A stretch of 63,998 nt of DNA, filler included, from Asterionella formosa (taxonomy: Eukaryota): the NCBI GenBank assembly GCA_002256025.1. It is 5 parts of 5 records of this genome, joined end to end, with 100 filler letters (N's around TTAATTAATTAA, not from the genome) between each part and the next. Parts side by side here need not be neighbours in the genome. Positions count along the whole stretch, not along the records: positions 25,739 to 38,486 come from NKIB01007213.1; positions 38,587 to 51,326 come from NKIB01007218.1; 3 more parts are not named here. One strand, given 5' to 3'. This document shows positions 25,797-39,058 of this stretch, piece by piece. Made by a program: the position numbers and the translations under genes. Under the pieces are notes generated by a model. The model was not told the DNA's origin and did no database searches. It worked only from the letters and a program-made list of their open reading frames with translations. Within the stretch, counting starts at the first letter, position 1. Each line of letters opens with the position of its first letter.

Positions 25797-26016
25797 TGCA
25801 GCAACCTCAATACGGCTAATTTCAATTTCGGTTGAAACTTAATTGAAATTAATTCGGAATAACTGACAAAAATCGATAACAATATGGAAAAACGTGGACT
25901 GATGTTGCTTTCCCTCCCAAGGACTCACACTTCTAGTTTTGCATTTACCGATCATAAACGTCTGTCGACGGTTATCACAAAGTGGAATCCATCTGTGGTT
26001 GCAATTAACATACAAC

Positions 26017-27789
26017 ATGGCCTCCAACGAACTGAAGATCGACTCGTCCGACATCGTGCGATTGATCCAAGCTCACTTGGTGGAGACAGGTCTCTCTGAA
26101 AGTTGTCGGGTTCTCCGTGAAGAATCTGGCATTCGTGGGGCTGGTGTAGCCCATCGGAACTGGAACACATGGGCGACCAGCGGAAATTGGGGTGCCATCC
26201 TTGCCAGCTTAGACACCATTGACGTGCTCAAGTGTGGAATTCCTAATGAACTACTGGCCGATGTTTACGAAATGGCAATTTTAGAGCTGGCAGAAACTGG
26301 AGAAGTGGAACTGGCTCATGTGACCATGCGGCTTGTTGCAGAACACCTAGATCATACCGTGCACAACATCAGCGAGGTGGATATCCCCAGGTCGAGACAG
26401 CTGGAGCAAAAGATGGCGTCTCTGACCTCAAATCGGAAGAAGATGGCGGATGATTACTATGGACCACTGGGGAAACAAGGGAGAAGGGAGAAAATCGGGC
26501 AAGCACTTTTCAACTGTGTTCCACAATTACCAGCTTCGCGCCTCACAGCATTGCTTCAACAAGCCATCAAGTGGCAAGCACATACAGGTCAACTTCCAAT
26601 GATAAAGGAATTTTTTGAAGTAGAAGTGGATGATCAGAAAAAGAAGAAGAGAAAACGCAAGTTTGACCTTGTTTTGGGAGAGTCACGAGTACTGCCAACG
26701 TCCACAATTGAAGATATCAGGGAATCCCTCCCTTCTTCGGTCTATTCCACAATTTCATTTGGAAAAAATGTCACTTGTGAAGCTGCAACATTTTTTCCAG
26801 ATGGATCTGGATTAGTTACCGGATCATCGGATGGATTACTTGAAGTTTGGGATCCACACCAAAAGTTTGCGAAACTTCGAATGGATTTAATTTACCAACA
26901 AAGCGACGAATTCATGGGTCACGATAACTCAAGTATAACAAGTATTGCTATAAGCAACGATGGCCTATTATTGGCCACAGGGGATGCTAACGGTGATGTA
27001 AAGGCATGGGGGCTAGAAACAGGTTCTTGCCTCCGCACAATTTCTGCACATCCCGGTCAGTCCATTTCGGACCTCTGCTTTGCTCCGGATGGGTCCCAAA
27101 TCCTGACTGCCAGTCACGATGGAACTTGTCGCGAATTCTCATTGAGGACATCCCGCTTACTGAAGGAGTTTCGGGGACACACTAGCTATGTCAATAGTTG
27201 TCAATATAATGTAGTTGGAGAGGAAGGGTTGAGAGTATTTACAGCTTCAGCGGATGGAACGACACGAATATGGGACGGCAAGTCTGCAGAATGCATAACG
27301 ATCCTCCGGCCAACATCGCTGGGCGAGCAGTTGACCGACATTGGCTCATCAATATTGATTCATATGGGAGATGCCTCCTCTGCGGAGAGCGGTAGCCCCA
27401 ACGTCCACTCACTGTTTTCGCTTCACACACCGGTTCAATCAATGATTATGGTCCCTCGTGGACGTCGGGCTTTTCTTGTATCAGAGAACGGACGAGTTCT
27501 TCGCATTTTTGATGTGACTGACGAAAATTCCGTCTTCGTAGCAACTTGTGTAAGTCCCTCAAACCAATGGTTGTATGCCGTCACTGACAGCGGGCAATGT
27601 CACATTTTCGATGTTGCGAGCGGTAAATTGCAAACTACGATTCAACACTTTTCTGAAGAAAGCAGTGGACGAAGTAAAGTCAGCTGCCCTGAAATAACAA
27701 GTATTATGCACCATCCAACGAAAGCGATTATTACTGCCTTCAGCAATGTCAAGGACCAGAAAAAGGGAATTCTAACGCTATGGAAGTAA
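26017..27789 (+). CDS. SMU1: WD40 repeat spliceosomal protein SMU1
   Basis: LisH/CTLH N-terminus (IDSSDIVRLIQAHL), PASRLTALLQQAIKWQ, LVTGSSDGLLEVWD..KLRMDLIYQ, LLKEFRGHTSYVN; first ATG at 26017. Confidence 0.93.
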   Translation: MASNELKIDSSDIVRLIQAHLVETGLSESCRVLREESGIRGAGVAHRNWNTWATSGNWGAILASLDTIDVLKCGIPNELLADVYEMAILELAETGEVELAHVTMRLVAEHLDHTVHNISEVDIPRSRQLEQKMASLTSNRKKMADDYYGPLGKQGRREKIGQALFNCVPQLPASRLTALLQQAIKWQAHTGQLPMIKEFFEVEVDDQKKKKRKRKFDLVLGESRVLPTSTIEDIRESLPSSVYSTISFGKNVTCEAATFFPDGSGLVTGSSDGLLEVWDPHQKFAKLRMDLIYQQSDEFMGHDNSSITSIAISNDGLLLATGDANGDVKAWGLETGSCLRTISAHPGQSISDLCFAPDGSQILTASHDGTCREFSLRTSRLLKEFRGHTSYVNSCQYNVVGEEGLRVFTASADGTTRIWDGKSAECITILRPTSLGEQLTDIGSSILIHMGDASSAESGSPNVHSLFSLHTPVQSMIMVPRGRRAFLVSENGRVLRIFDVTDENSVFVATCVSPSNQWLYAVTDSGQCHIFDVASGKLQTTIQHFSEESSGRSKVSCPEITSIMHHPTKAIITAFSNVKDQKKGILTLWK

Positions 27790-27849
27790 CACATTTATAA
27801 CTAAAAGCAAAAGGATAAAAAACACTGTTGCTGAGAAGCAGCGTCTAAT

Positions 27850-29589
27850 TTATCTTGTCTTGATGGCGTTTTTCAATGCAAACTCATATCTTGGTGTGAT
27901 GTGATCTATTATCATGCTCGAGCTCCATCGTATTCCTTGAGGTAGCAAATGCATAGAATCAATCTCAACAGCATTGTATTGACGTCGCTTTGTGGGCGTC
28001 TCAGTCAACCAAATGTTCTTCCCAACAGGAATACAAAGTGCAGGCGCTCCTTTTATCGTTTTCAAATCTTGATTCAATGCTTTGTTCACACTCATCAGAA
28101 GCTCCTCATTGATTGCTACAGATCCGGTTGCGAGCTGGGAGCTCTTTAACCATCCAATCCTTTTCGTCACCTTGTCAATTTCAATAATACTAGCTCCGAG
28201 ACGTCGAACCGAATCTATAGATAAAAATGGAACGACATCATTCTTGTGGATGAAGTTAACTGCATTCCTCATTGCTTCAGGTGCCGATGAAATTGGACTG
28301 AATACAGGTGGCGACGCAAAAGCTACACACCTAACATTCCTGCCTTCCACAAGTTGACCATTGTTCTCATGACAGAGAAGGTTTAGTAGACACGCTGCAC
28401 CACCTCCAAGACTGTGACCTGTTAACACTAGGTCGTAATCCTTGTACTTTTCAAGAGCATCTTTGACAGTACAGTTGGCCCTTTTCCAAGTTTCATTCGC
28501 CAGTACAGCAATCGCGGAATGTGCTTCGCCTCCAAGAAATGGTGCTGTCGGGAAATATGGAAAACATTCCATGAGTGCGATCCAGCCAGCTCGTATATAT
28601 CGGCAGGGGTATGTTGGCGAATTTTGACAACATTCACGTACCTGAGAAACCAATCACATCGTCCAACATCTCCGGGAGGCTGAAAGTTCCTCGCAGGGAC
28701 AAAACTACTGCTTCCATATCATGGTCAACTGCCACGAAGTGCCTCAAATATTTCTCCGTAGCACTAGCCTCCGTGATGATTTTAATATCAATCGCAGCAG
28801 TTGTTGAATTAGTTTGACCTAAGATATGACGGATAATTCGCTCCTTAGTGAAGGAATAGCTACGCGTGTCGATCGTCCCCTGCGTAGCAAATTCTGCGGC
28901 TCTCATAATCTTTGTCCCATAAACAGCAGTAGCATAGCGCATGAACCTGAACGCAATCAGGACACGTGACCAGAAAAAGCCATTCGAAGGCGATGAGTGC
29001 GGAATTCGAAAATTAGATAATCAAAAGAAGTGTTCATACTGTACCTTAGTGCCTCTTCATCGATTGTGGTTGGAGTTCCATGGGTTTCATACACGTTTCC
29101 CATGGAGTGCTGTTGGATTTTCCGTAGAATGAGCAAGTTCGTCGCAAACCTCGGTGTCAGCGCACCTTCCAACTCCAACTGAACACCGCTTTTCTGAATA
29201 TAATCTCGAAATTTGTCTATACTTGGCTCCATTTCCCAAAATTGTGCCTTGTTCATAGCTAGGCCCACAACGACACCTTCAATAAGTCCTATAGCGGCAA
29301 CGACATCGGCTAAAACAAGCCGAACCTCCCGGAGGAATGACAGTGACCTCACTGATCCACCCCCACCCCCACGTCGAGCAGCTATGGCTGTGAATGTTAG
29401 AGATGGATGTACAAGAGCCTTTCTCGGGGATCTAAACCCTGCAACGAAGCATATGGAAGTTGGCCTTGCCATCGAAGAAATCGCAAATCTTAGCAACGTT
29501 GACTGACTCCTTTTCGCTCCCGATGATACAGCCAAGAACACAAGGACAATGATAATCCAGCTGATTTTCCAGGGAGAGTTGCGAATCAT
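27850..29589 (-). CDS. Class 3 lipase (DAG lipase-like); predicted introns 28545-28641 and 28947-29044
   Basis: VLSLRGTFS, LTGHSLGGG nucleophile elbow, DVVPFLS, DH motif; both GT-AG introns restore the frame; N-terminal hydrophobic signal-like segment. Confidence 0.9.
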
Positions 29590-30565
29590 TCTCCGATTAC
29601 ATAAATCTCGGCAGGAACGGCTGATGTAGGTCGGATGGGGAATCAACCTCAACGGATATACCCGGTATATATGCCGGCGCTAAAATGTATACCGGTATGA
29701 ATGATGGATGGTAAAATTAGTTAGCAGTTGCTCTCGCTGCCTTCTTCCCATATAAATTGCATTCCGGTACGTATTGCAATGAAATATGATCGCAGCAGAA
29801 AAGATGTTTCCCCCGGCGCTACTAGAGCAATACTACATACGTGGCGTAAATGTTATACTTCTATGAATATATGGATATACCCATGTATTTTCATGTATAT
29901 ATACATTAGATACAATTTTCATTCAGACACACTGCTCCTCAGATTCTCAATGAAAGTAACAGTTCAAAATAAGTGGAAATGGATTGAAATTTAACTACTG
30001 TATTTAGAAATGATTTTATTTTGCTTTCAAATCTTGAGTTGTTATACAATGTTCCCCCTTTTCTCCCATCACAAAGCTTGTTGTCTTGTCTGCTTCCCTG
30101 CTAACCCGATTCTGACACTGTTACTGCTAGCTGTCTACTGCCCTGCCCTTGTACTATGATTCTGACATTTAGCACTCTTACTGATAGAGAGCTGCCTCTA
30201 CCCACATTCCCACCAGCCATGTAGTACTCCGTTTCTGAATTGTCCTTCATTATTGTTCATTCATGTTGTAACAAATGCAAAGCAATAAGTTGTTACTCAT
30301 GTTTTGCTTATGCGATAACATGAAGTTCGATTCTATCTTTACTTATCACAAATTGATGTACTCATTTCCAATGATTCCATACAACAATGTGTCAGTCACT
30401 AAAATAAAATAAAATATTAAGTAAATTTCATAGTACGCTATTGTTAATGAACTCGACAATTATGGAGGTTGTGAAGTCGCACTTGAACAACCCACAGAAG
30501 GCCTTAGACCTTCTTGTTGTCTGCATCACCACCCGGAACAAAAGGGACTACATAAACAAAGCAGG

Positions 30566-30628
30566 TGGAGAATGCGGGAATCGAACCTGCCACCTCGGAA
30601 AGTGAGCTAACCAACTAAGGTATTCCCC
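30566..30628 (-). pseudogene. tRNA-Ala-derived pseudogene or SINE head
   Basis: Minus strand GGGGAAT...GGTTCGATTCC...ATTCTCCA: complete acceptor stem with a G3:U70-type pair and a T-loop/B box, but only 63 nt with a collapsed anticodon arm. Confidence 0.65.
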
Positions 30629-32989
30629 ACAATGTGTCAGACAGTACATTTTGTTTGTTCACTGTATTAAAAATGGGATTCAATTACTTGTTAGGCTTGT
30701 TCTGCTTAGATTAAAACATGCAGTTCCAGTCATGTATTATATCATCACTTATCACCACCACAAATCCATTATCGGTTTGCATATTCCTGTAAAGTAATAT
30801 AGGAGTCAAATTTCACAGAAAGTATTCATCAATAAATTGTGCACACGCTGTTAATAGAACTTACATTTACTCTTTGTATAAAAATATCCTGAAAGGTTAA
30901 AAAGAACGTCTAATATATTTTCTAACAAGTGTTTCTGGTGTGAATTGATCCAACAACAGCACTAACCGACCGTCACATCGAATTCCCCCCCCCCCCGAGT
31001 TTACATTTTAAAAAATGAAAATTTTGTTTGATAGTTGAATATCTGAATATTTCAAACACACTCTTAAAATCTTACATGTACAGCACAATAACGCGTCCAT
31101 TACCCAAACTTAATTCGATTTTATACAATGTTGTATGACTTGTCAAGAGTCTTGACAAGTGAAATTGAAGGATTTTGTGGTAAAAGCAATTGCTAAAGAT
31201 CATGTGCTCAACGGATCTCAGACCAACCTTGATGCACTCAGTGATCTCAACCGAGGTGTATCCTCTATTGAACATTCGAAGCTGAGATGGACAGAAGACC
31301 AATGTGATGATGACGATTTGTTTGGCATGATTCAAGGCCATCCTAAGCCAAAGAATCAAGCACTCTAGTCTCAGGGCCTATCAAGTCGCATGGAACAAAT
31401 TGAACTACATGTCTGGACCCTGTTTGCCGACTCAATCAGTTTTGGGAGCTTTGTCTTTCGGTTCATTACAGTTTTTGCATAACAGTGTCCGAAAATAAAT
31501 AATGAGTTAGTCCAGGGAACTCGGGACTGCCCTCTTTGACTAAATATGCAGCGAATCAATATTTGTTTCTATCAATGATAGAAAAGTTGCCTAAGTATAA
31601 ACTTATAATGACTCTTTTTGTTTACAAAAAGGAGAATCGAAAATATAAACAATTTTTGTACTACCGTCGAAATTGTCAGCAATTCGGATGCTTAATGTAC
31701 CCGATTTAGTGACCATGACCTCATGGCTGACGTCATTCAACAAACATCACCATGTCGTAATACAATAGTACTATATCATGTAGGCTACTGGTATTACCTA
31801 TTCACTAGTGTTACGGTTTTTTACGTGTCATCTATTCAACAATTTCACATGTCATGAATATATTCAATCATGAGTGCCTCTTGAACCCCCAACGCATTGT
31901 CTGCTTCGAAAGAACAAGATGAAGACCTCTTTCTCTGGAGACGAGCGATCTAGTTTCTGTATTGAAGGGTAATTATGCTAGCGAAGCTGGGCAGTTTCTA
32001 TGCTACAAAAAGGCCCAAGTTTTGATTAATGTATACAACAGGGTGTCAACCCAATCCGTTCTTGACCATGCCTAGAAACCTTCTGAAATCAAGAAAATTG
32101 GTCCTTGGGACAATTTGTCTCCTTTATCTGAATAATTCGAATGTGTTTTGGAGGATGAGGTCTGGATCAAGATCAAGAGATTGATCAGATTGCCACACAG
32201 TTTTTTGCTCATGGACTAAATCACGAATCGATCATTCTTTTCGATTATCGTTTGTTAGCAGCGAGACTTGAGCATACAGAAGTAAGTAATTGCGTGCTAG
32301 CCGCAAGACTTGCTTCAGAAGAACAGAATAGTAATTATTAGTTCTACAACGAAATTGAACAACAATTTTTTTGTGGTCAACATATTAAATTATATTGGTA
32401 GATAATGTATTTCAATGCATTTTCCCCGCCTGGATAAAAGGTACTATCTAACTCTAGCCGCACTCAGATACCATATTACTAATATGTACCTGCTGTTCTG
32501 TCAATTGCGTAATCATGCATTGTTCAACTTACGACAAGAGTCAATGACGACAAATTTGATGTATATTAAAGTCTGATTCCCTTGGGACCTCCTCACATAT
32601 CGTATACCAGTATATACTTGGTGGAGTATGATTACTGGTAGGAGTACTGGTAAATATTAGCTTGTACTCTATAGCTAGCTCTAGCGTGCACAGACACTGC
32701 TACTTATACCCTAAGGACAAAACAATAGTTTATACTGACAGCATCTTCTGCATCTGAACTTCATTTAAGACAAAGTTCAATTACAGAATTTTGTTGTAAA
32801 TGAGATTCAGGTTCTTGAGATGCCCTCAGTGCTCGGTAACTACCTCATGCCTTGTAAATACCGGTATATGATTGACAGAAATTAAAGTACATACCAGAAT
32901 AAATATATATTCATTTATATTTTATTATACCATTGAATATTTTAGGTCAGGAAGAAGTGCTGGAACCTAAAAACTATGACAGCACAATA

Positions 32990-33286
32990 AGTTTCAGCAA
33001 AATGAACACTGCAACTTGCCCGCCTGGCTGAAACTGGTTTTACAGAAAATATTTAAAAAATGATTGATTTTGATTAAAATAAAAAAGTAATTGGGCTGAC
33101 ACGGAACAAATGAATAAAAATCAAATTCGTCATTGGATGCCTGTCCTGCACCAAGCTAGTATTAATGTCAGCAAAATGACCGCAAGTTGTGCAAGTTGCG
33201 GTCATTTGACTAGACCTAAATGTTTATCCATCTACCGGTACATCCAGAGGTGAAATGTTTATTTAGGCAGTTTTACCGCAACTTGC
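32990..33286. repeat. GCAAGTTGCGGT/ACCGCAACTTGC palindromic unit cluster B
   Basis: Full 96-bp unit 33191-33286 with perfect 12-bp terminal inverted repeats; half-sites at ~33008 and ~33179. Confidence 0.75.
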
Positions 33287-34022
33287 AGCTACAATGGTTG
33301 TCAAGGTCTATGCTCGGAAAATATCTGATTCTACATAAATCCAACAGAATTACATCTGTTGTTCCCTTCTTACAGCTTTAGCTTTAAATGTCAGTCTGCA
33401 CCATCCTTCGAGAAAGACAATTTCGTCGCCATGAATGTCGTCCCATCTGCTTTAAACCGTGATACGTCTTGCATCTCCCTAAGTAAAATTGTCGTAACTC
33501 AACCTAAACCGAAATCATTTATGTTTCGAAACTGGTACATCCATCATTAAGGAAGGAACATGCCATTTACTGTCGGTGTACTGCCACGTACCCTGGTACC
33601 GGTATTCAGCTAAAGGACGATATGCACGAGGGTACCTAGTCCCTGGTACCTTGTCCTGTACGTAAATTCCACGGATGACATGCATATTAATTCTTGATAC
33701 ACCAAGTACATAGACTATTTTACTATACCTGGTACCAGGTACCACGTCGGCACATTGGTCATGTATACAGGTATATATATAAATGAAGCCTAAAAGGTCT
33801 ACCGCTATCAGTATGTGTTCGATTTCAAACTTCCAAGGTGCCATCATTTGTGCGAGGTTGTTGATGGTTGAACCTTACACCATAAACCCCTTTTGCCACC
33901 CATTAAACAGATTACCTTGCCCATTGGACTACCAGTTCTTCTACAAGATAAAGAATCTGACGAAGCTGCTTAGTTTGCGCATGCTCGACATGCGAATTAG
34001 TGAACCTAGCTAGGACGGCAAT

Positions 34023-35330
34023 ATGACAATGAGAAGTGGTATGATGAACGAGAAATTTGAGAACGAGTCCGACATTGGGATTTCCAATGCTAGTGGCGAC
34101 ACAGAAGAATCCCCTTCGATATCCATGGTAAGTGCGAGGTCGAAAACGAATCGTTCTAGTACCGTATGGTCGTATGCAATTGCAAGTCATAGCTGCCGGC
34201 TAGAATCATTCGTCCACAACGAACGCACAACTACCTTTCTCGCCATTGAGATCTTGAATATTTATATACGGACAATCTATTTACTAAGCAGGAAGTGCAT
34301 TTATTTTTGGTACATATCCTTGTTAGGTCCAACCAGCCAAGTTTCCCCCTTCGTCCAAAAGTTGCTCTGTTGGAGATCTTGCTCCTGCGCAATCTGCCAA
34401 TATAAGTCGCTCCGAACGAAAGAAGCTGCGTGAACAGAAGCGTAGGAAGGAATTAAACAAAGGTTTAGATGGACTAATGGCTCTGCTTATCGAAATAGAC
34501 CCATCTATCCAAACCCATGCAGCCGACCGAGACAAGACAAGAAAAGGCCAGTCCTCCAAGGCATCAACTTCCTCATCTAGCAGTGAAATCGAAAACCAAC
34601 TGCTCAATCGCGTCGACCTCATCAGTCGAGCGGTATCTGTCCTTGAGCGACTCAACCACGAAAACAAACAGCAGAAATTAATGATTCAGCAGCTTTTGAT
34701 GAGTAAGAGTGCAGTGTTTCCTTCCATGCAAGCTCGACCAGGATTCCAAAGAAATGACGAGGTAAGTATCCATTCACTGCTCAAGTTAGCTCGTTTGTTC
34801 AAGAACAGCATGGGAGTCAGCACCTAACCCAGCCTACCGCTGCTTATTACCTTCCGAATAAACAATTTCAGATTATGATGATGATGCCCTATCTGGCGCC
34901 GGCGGAAGGCTTGCAACAATATCCCCAGTCAGGCTCATCAACCGGCGAGACCGAGGTGATGATTCTGGCGCAGCACCAGGAACAGATGAGGATGGTCACA
35001 CAGCCTGTGGCTCATGATCTACATCAGCAACTCCAGCAGCAGCAACTCCTCCAGCAGCAGCAGCAACTCCAACAGCAACAATTTCAGCCGCTGCAACCAC
35101 TACAGCAGCTACAACATCAGTTGGGTATTTCACAACCTGGTGGCTTCAAGTCAGTGTTGCATCAAGACACTTCACAAAGCATGCAGTTTCAGTACCAGCA
35201 CCAGAATCCTTCGATCATGCCATATCAGTCGCAAGTACCCATGGTCACTTTACAGCAACCTGATGAATCCTATCAAGGCATTGAGGTTGACAGTGATGGA
35301 AATCCCACTAAGAAGGGCAGGAATATGTGA
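34023..35330 (+). CDS. bHLH transcription factor with poly-Q tail; join(34023..34127,34327..34761,34872..35330)
   Basis: Spliced product has SRSERKKLREQKRRKELNKGLDGLMALL (basic + helix 1) and NRVDLISRAVSVLERL (helix 2); both introns are GTAAGT...AG, phase 0. Confidence 0.88.
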
Positions 35331-35905
35331 AGATAGCCGTTTGATGATTAAGATCGTCAAAAAGCCTTAAATGAAGATGATAGGTCTTGTTTAAAGTAAA
35401 AATTTGATGCTAAACCAACGTTTGTTAACGAGTTACCAGCCAATTTTGCCAAAGTATCTCATATGGCATGATGTGACGAAAACAATTACGATGTTTTCGC
35501 AGCGGCCTTCATATCCAGGAGATAGAAGGAACGGTTCCGTCTTGGCCGCTATAATCAATGGTGCTGTTGACCAACAACTCACCATACCGGGTGCGACTCA
35601 TATTGCTCCTTTTCCATTGTGGTGTGCGAATGAATTTCACGCAGTCTTGCTTCCAATTCTATTTTGCATGGAGTGCTTGCAATTCACGGGAGTTAGAGTG
35701 AACTTTATAAATCAAGGCGGAGATGGTTGTATGGGACTGATACTTGACGCACAACAGATCTTCTGCTTGTGATGTCATCTGACGGATGGTAAAAGCTTGC
35801 TTATCTTCCTTTGCTGCTTATCAGCTATTACTTGTTAATGGTTGCCTTATCAATTTTTTGATAAAATATAGTTGGTGGTTAGTTGCCAGGAGGTCGAGGC
35901 GAAAG

Positions 35906-36366
35906 NNNNNNNNNNNNNNNNNNNNNNNNNNNNNNNNNNNNNNNNNNNNNNNNNNNNNNNNNNNNNNNNNNNNNNNNNNNNNNNNNNNNNNNNNNNNNNN
36001 NNNNNNNNNNNNNNNNNNNNNNNNNNNNNNNNNNNNNNNNNNNNNNNNNNNNNNNNNNNNNNNNNNNNNNNNNNNNNNNNNNNNNNNNNNNNNNNNNNNN
36101 NNNNNNNNNNNNNNNNNNNNNNNNNNNNNNNNNNNNNNNNNNNNNNNNNNNNNNNNNNNNNNNNNNNNNNNNNNNNNNNNNNNNNNNNNNNNNNNNNNNN
36201 NNNNNNNNNNNNNNNNNNNNNNNNNNNNNNNNNNNNNNNNNNNNNNNNNNNNNNNNNNNNNNNNNNNNNNNNNNNNNNNNNNNNNNNNNNNNNNNNNNNN
36301 NNNNNNNNNNNNNNNNNNNNNNNNNNNNNNNNNNNNNNNNNNNNNNNNNNNNNNNNNNNNNNNNNN
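35906..36366. other. Intra-scaffold assembly gap
   Basis: Plain N run without linker. Confidence 0.95.
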
Positions 36367-36391
36367 TCTCAAAAGCCAATATTAACTTCTG

Positions 36392-37639
36392 TTAGGAAAA
36401 GAAAGCCGAGTCCTTGTCATTGAGAGTAATAGGAGGGATGGAGTAAAAATCTGGGGTCTTCATAGAGTCGTGGGCCTTCACTCCACGTCGTCTAGGAGTG
36501 GCTTGAGGGACACCAACCCGACACACATGAATGGAAAGTGCAGGGCGACCCTTCAAGAAGAGTTCGTGATAATAACCCCCAGCATCGGGGCCAGAGTTGA
36601 TGCGAGTAAAGCCATCTGTAATGAACAAAATATAAGGGGCGTGAGAACTTTATCATGCGGTACATGCAATCGAAAAACTCAGCACCTTACAGAGATTGAG
36701 CTGGCGTTGGAAACTACTCAGGCGAGACTGCTTGAAGTATTTGGACATGATTTCTGAGCAGAACCGTTCTGGTTTATGGATCGCAAAGGATCGACCGTGA
36801 TGAAAGAACGATATGACGTCTTGTTTTCCATTCTTTTCTGCTTCGCGTATCATTCGATGTAGTTTCTCTGGGAAAGGTTCAGTGACTCCTCCCCTTGTTC
36901 GACGATTCGCTACCACGACAGGGTCTGGGTCCGTCAATGTGGAAGCATCAAAATAAGCAACATTATTCGTACGCCGCTCCAAACAGTTAGACCCGAGAGA
37001 AATAAGAAATTCTTCGCTTTTCATTCCCCCTGTTCCCGTGGCATGAGTATCGCCCAGAGTGCTGCCAAAAGTATTTCCCATGGTAGTTCCTGTATTTCCT
37101 ATTGCAGACATTCCAGTTCCAGGTTGACTACCGGTAGGAAGTACGAGGCCGGGAAGACTAGCCATGCCCCCTGCACGAACAAGAGACAAAATTGTATCTT
37201 CCCTTCCGCGCTGGTAAGCATCACTGGCCACACTATTGGCTTGTCTAGCCTCCTCTTGACCAGCGTCGCTACTTGGAGCTCCATTTGAAGGTGTAGCAAG
37301 CACCAATGGAGCAGTATTCGCAAATATCATCGGATTAAAGCCAGCAAAGGCAAAAGGATTGTGAAAACCGAATGGCCCGAAGGCAGCAGCAGCAGTCAAC
37401 TCTCGTTGCTGAAGAAAGGCGGGAAGAAACGCAGGATTCTTTTGAGCCATTTCCGTCAAGGTTTGCTGAAGGAGTTGCTGCTGTTGACCTGGATCCAACA
37501 CAAATGTTCGCGGAGTTCTTGCTTGCTGGTCGGTCATGGCTGCATACCGAGGAGCCATGGCAGCGGCGACCAGGCTTCCATTGTCCAGAGAGCCCTCTGT
37601 GGGAGCTATAACGTTTGAGTTTGACGGGGGCTCCGTCAT
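36392..37639 (-). CDS. Heat shock factor (HSF) DNA-binding domain transcription factor; intron 36616-36690
   Basis: RGGVTEPFPEKLHRM...HGRSFAIH...YFKQSRLSSFQRQLNL, joined through a 75-bp GTAAG..CAG intron to YGFTRINSGPDAGGYYHELFLKGRP; start at 37639 is inferred. Confidence 0.92.
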
Positions 37640-38486
37640 GTTTCCGATACTGCCTCCTTCTTTTTTGCTTCGTATGATTGTCAAATTCGTCCAGTGTGTA
37701 CGATTTGTAGATAGACAATGACTTCTTTTGACAAGACGACGAAACAAAGAAAGAAGAACTACAATTAATACGACGGCAGTGCAATATCTTAGTACCTGTG
37801 AGAGCTGTAGATCTGCTACGACAAGTGCTGTACAAAATTCTTTTGCCACTCGATTACCGGTACTCGACTTCAAAAAGTGCTCCAAGAAGCAGAAAAAGAA
37901 CAGTAGGTTTGAATCCTTAATACAAAAAAACCATGTTCATACCGACGTAGGTACCTATATAGGTATGATTTGCTGAACGCAAGAAAAGACTGGTTGTAGA
38001 AATCTAAATATCTCTCCATACATCATACTGTTGAAAGGTCTCGTACTCCTTCCCGTCTGACGGGTTCCTCTTACGTAGGACTTACCTGTTCTACCACTAG
38101 TATTGTGACTCATTGGACTACAGTCGAGTCCACAGTCCTTGTGACTCATTATAGCCATTGATGCTATATTCTTGACATCATACATGGTGTGTATTACAAG
38201 TCTTACTATGTCTGTAGTACTTAGCAATAAGACATATCTTTACATGAAATGATTATTTGTTTTATAGCCCATTCCTATTCCCCTTTTTCAAGGCAAGTAT
38301 TCATTGTGATGTCTGTCAACAAGACCTGTGTTTCCCTAGTTTTGTTAGCATAGGTGAGTCCCCAACCACCTTTCATGAAAGGTGATCATCTTAATAGCTG
38401 CATCATTAGGGGAACTCCGACTGCCTAGTAGGAAGGCGGCACAAGCTGCTTGTAGGGGAGCAAACCCACTATTTCTTGCACACCAG

Positions 38487-38586
38487 NNNNNNNNNNNNNN
38501 NNNNNNNNNNNNNNNNNNNNNNNNNNNNNNTTAATTAATTAANNNNNNNNNNNNNNNNNNNNNNNNNNNNNNNNNNNNNNNNNNNN
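38487..38586. other. Artificial scaffold linker
   Basis: 44 N + TTAATTAATTAA + 44 N. Confidence 0.97.
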
Positions 38587-39058
38587 TGACTATGATGGGA
38601 TATCAATTTATCGATGCCGCTCATCGTGCGATTGCCACACTCGCACGGCCTGACAAATCAGTTCTTTGACAATCATTGATTCTACTCCTTTTATCTCATT
38701 TTGTTATGAGATGGGGGGGATGTTGTGAATCACCTCTTTACATGACGTGTCAGTATATGTCTGTGTCTGTTTGTCTGACAGTACCTATGCATAAATCATC
38801 GTTCTTCTATATCAACTTAATCTAATCACTCTTTTAACAAACACACCTTCCAATCTCCTTTTGAGCTTGTCAGGTTAGTTATCGGACTCCCCTCCTCTAT
38901 CGTCTCCTCGTTCATTGACCTCGTCGATCTCTCTCGTCCCCTCTTTCACTGCAGTATTCTTCGACTTTGTCTCTATATAATTTTTTTAACATTGTTCTAT
39001 AGTTTAATAGTTTAACCCATCAATAGTAACAACAAACAATATAGACAACAACATCAAC

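Noticed and set aside
35404..35905. ORFs downstream of the bHLH gene
   Set aside because: No recognisable domain on either strand; the minus frame has stops, and the longer track ORFs run through Ns.
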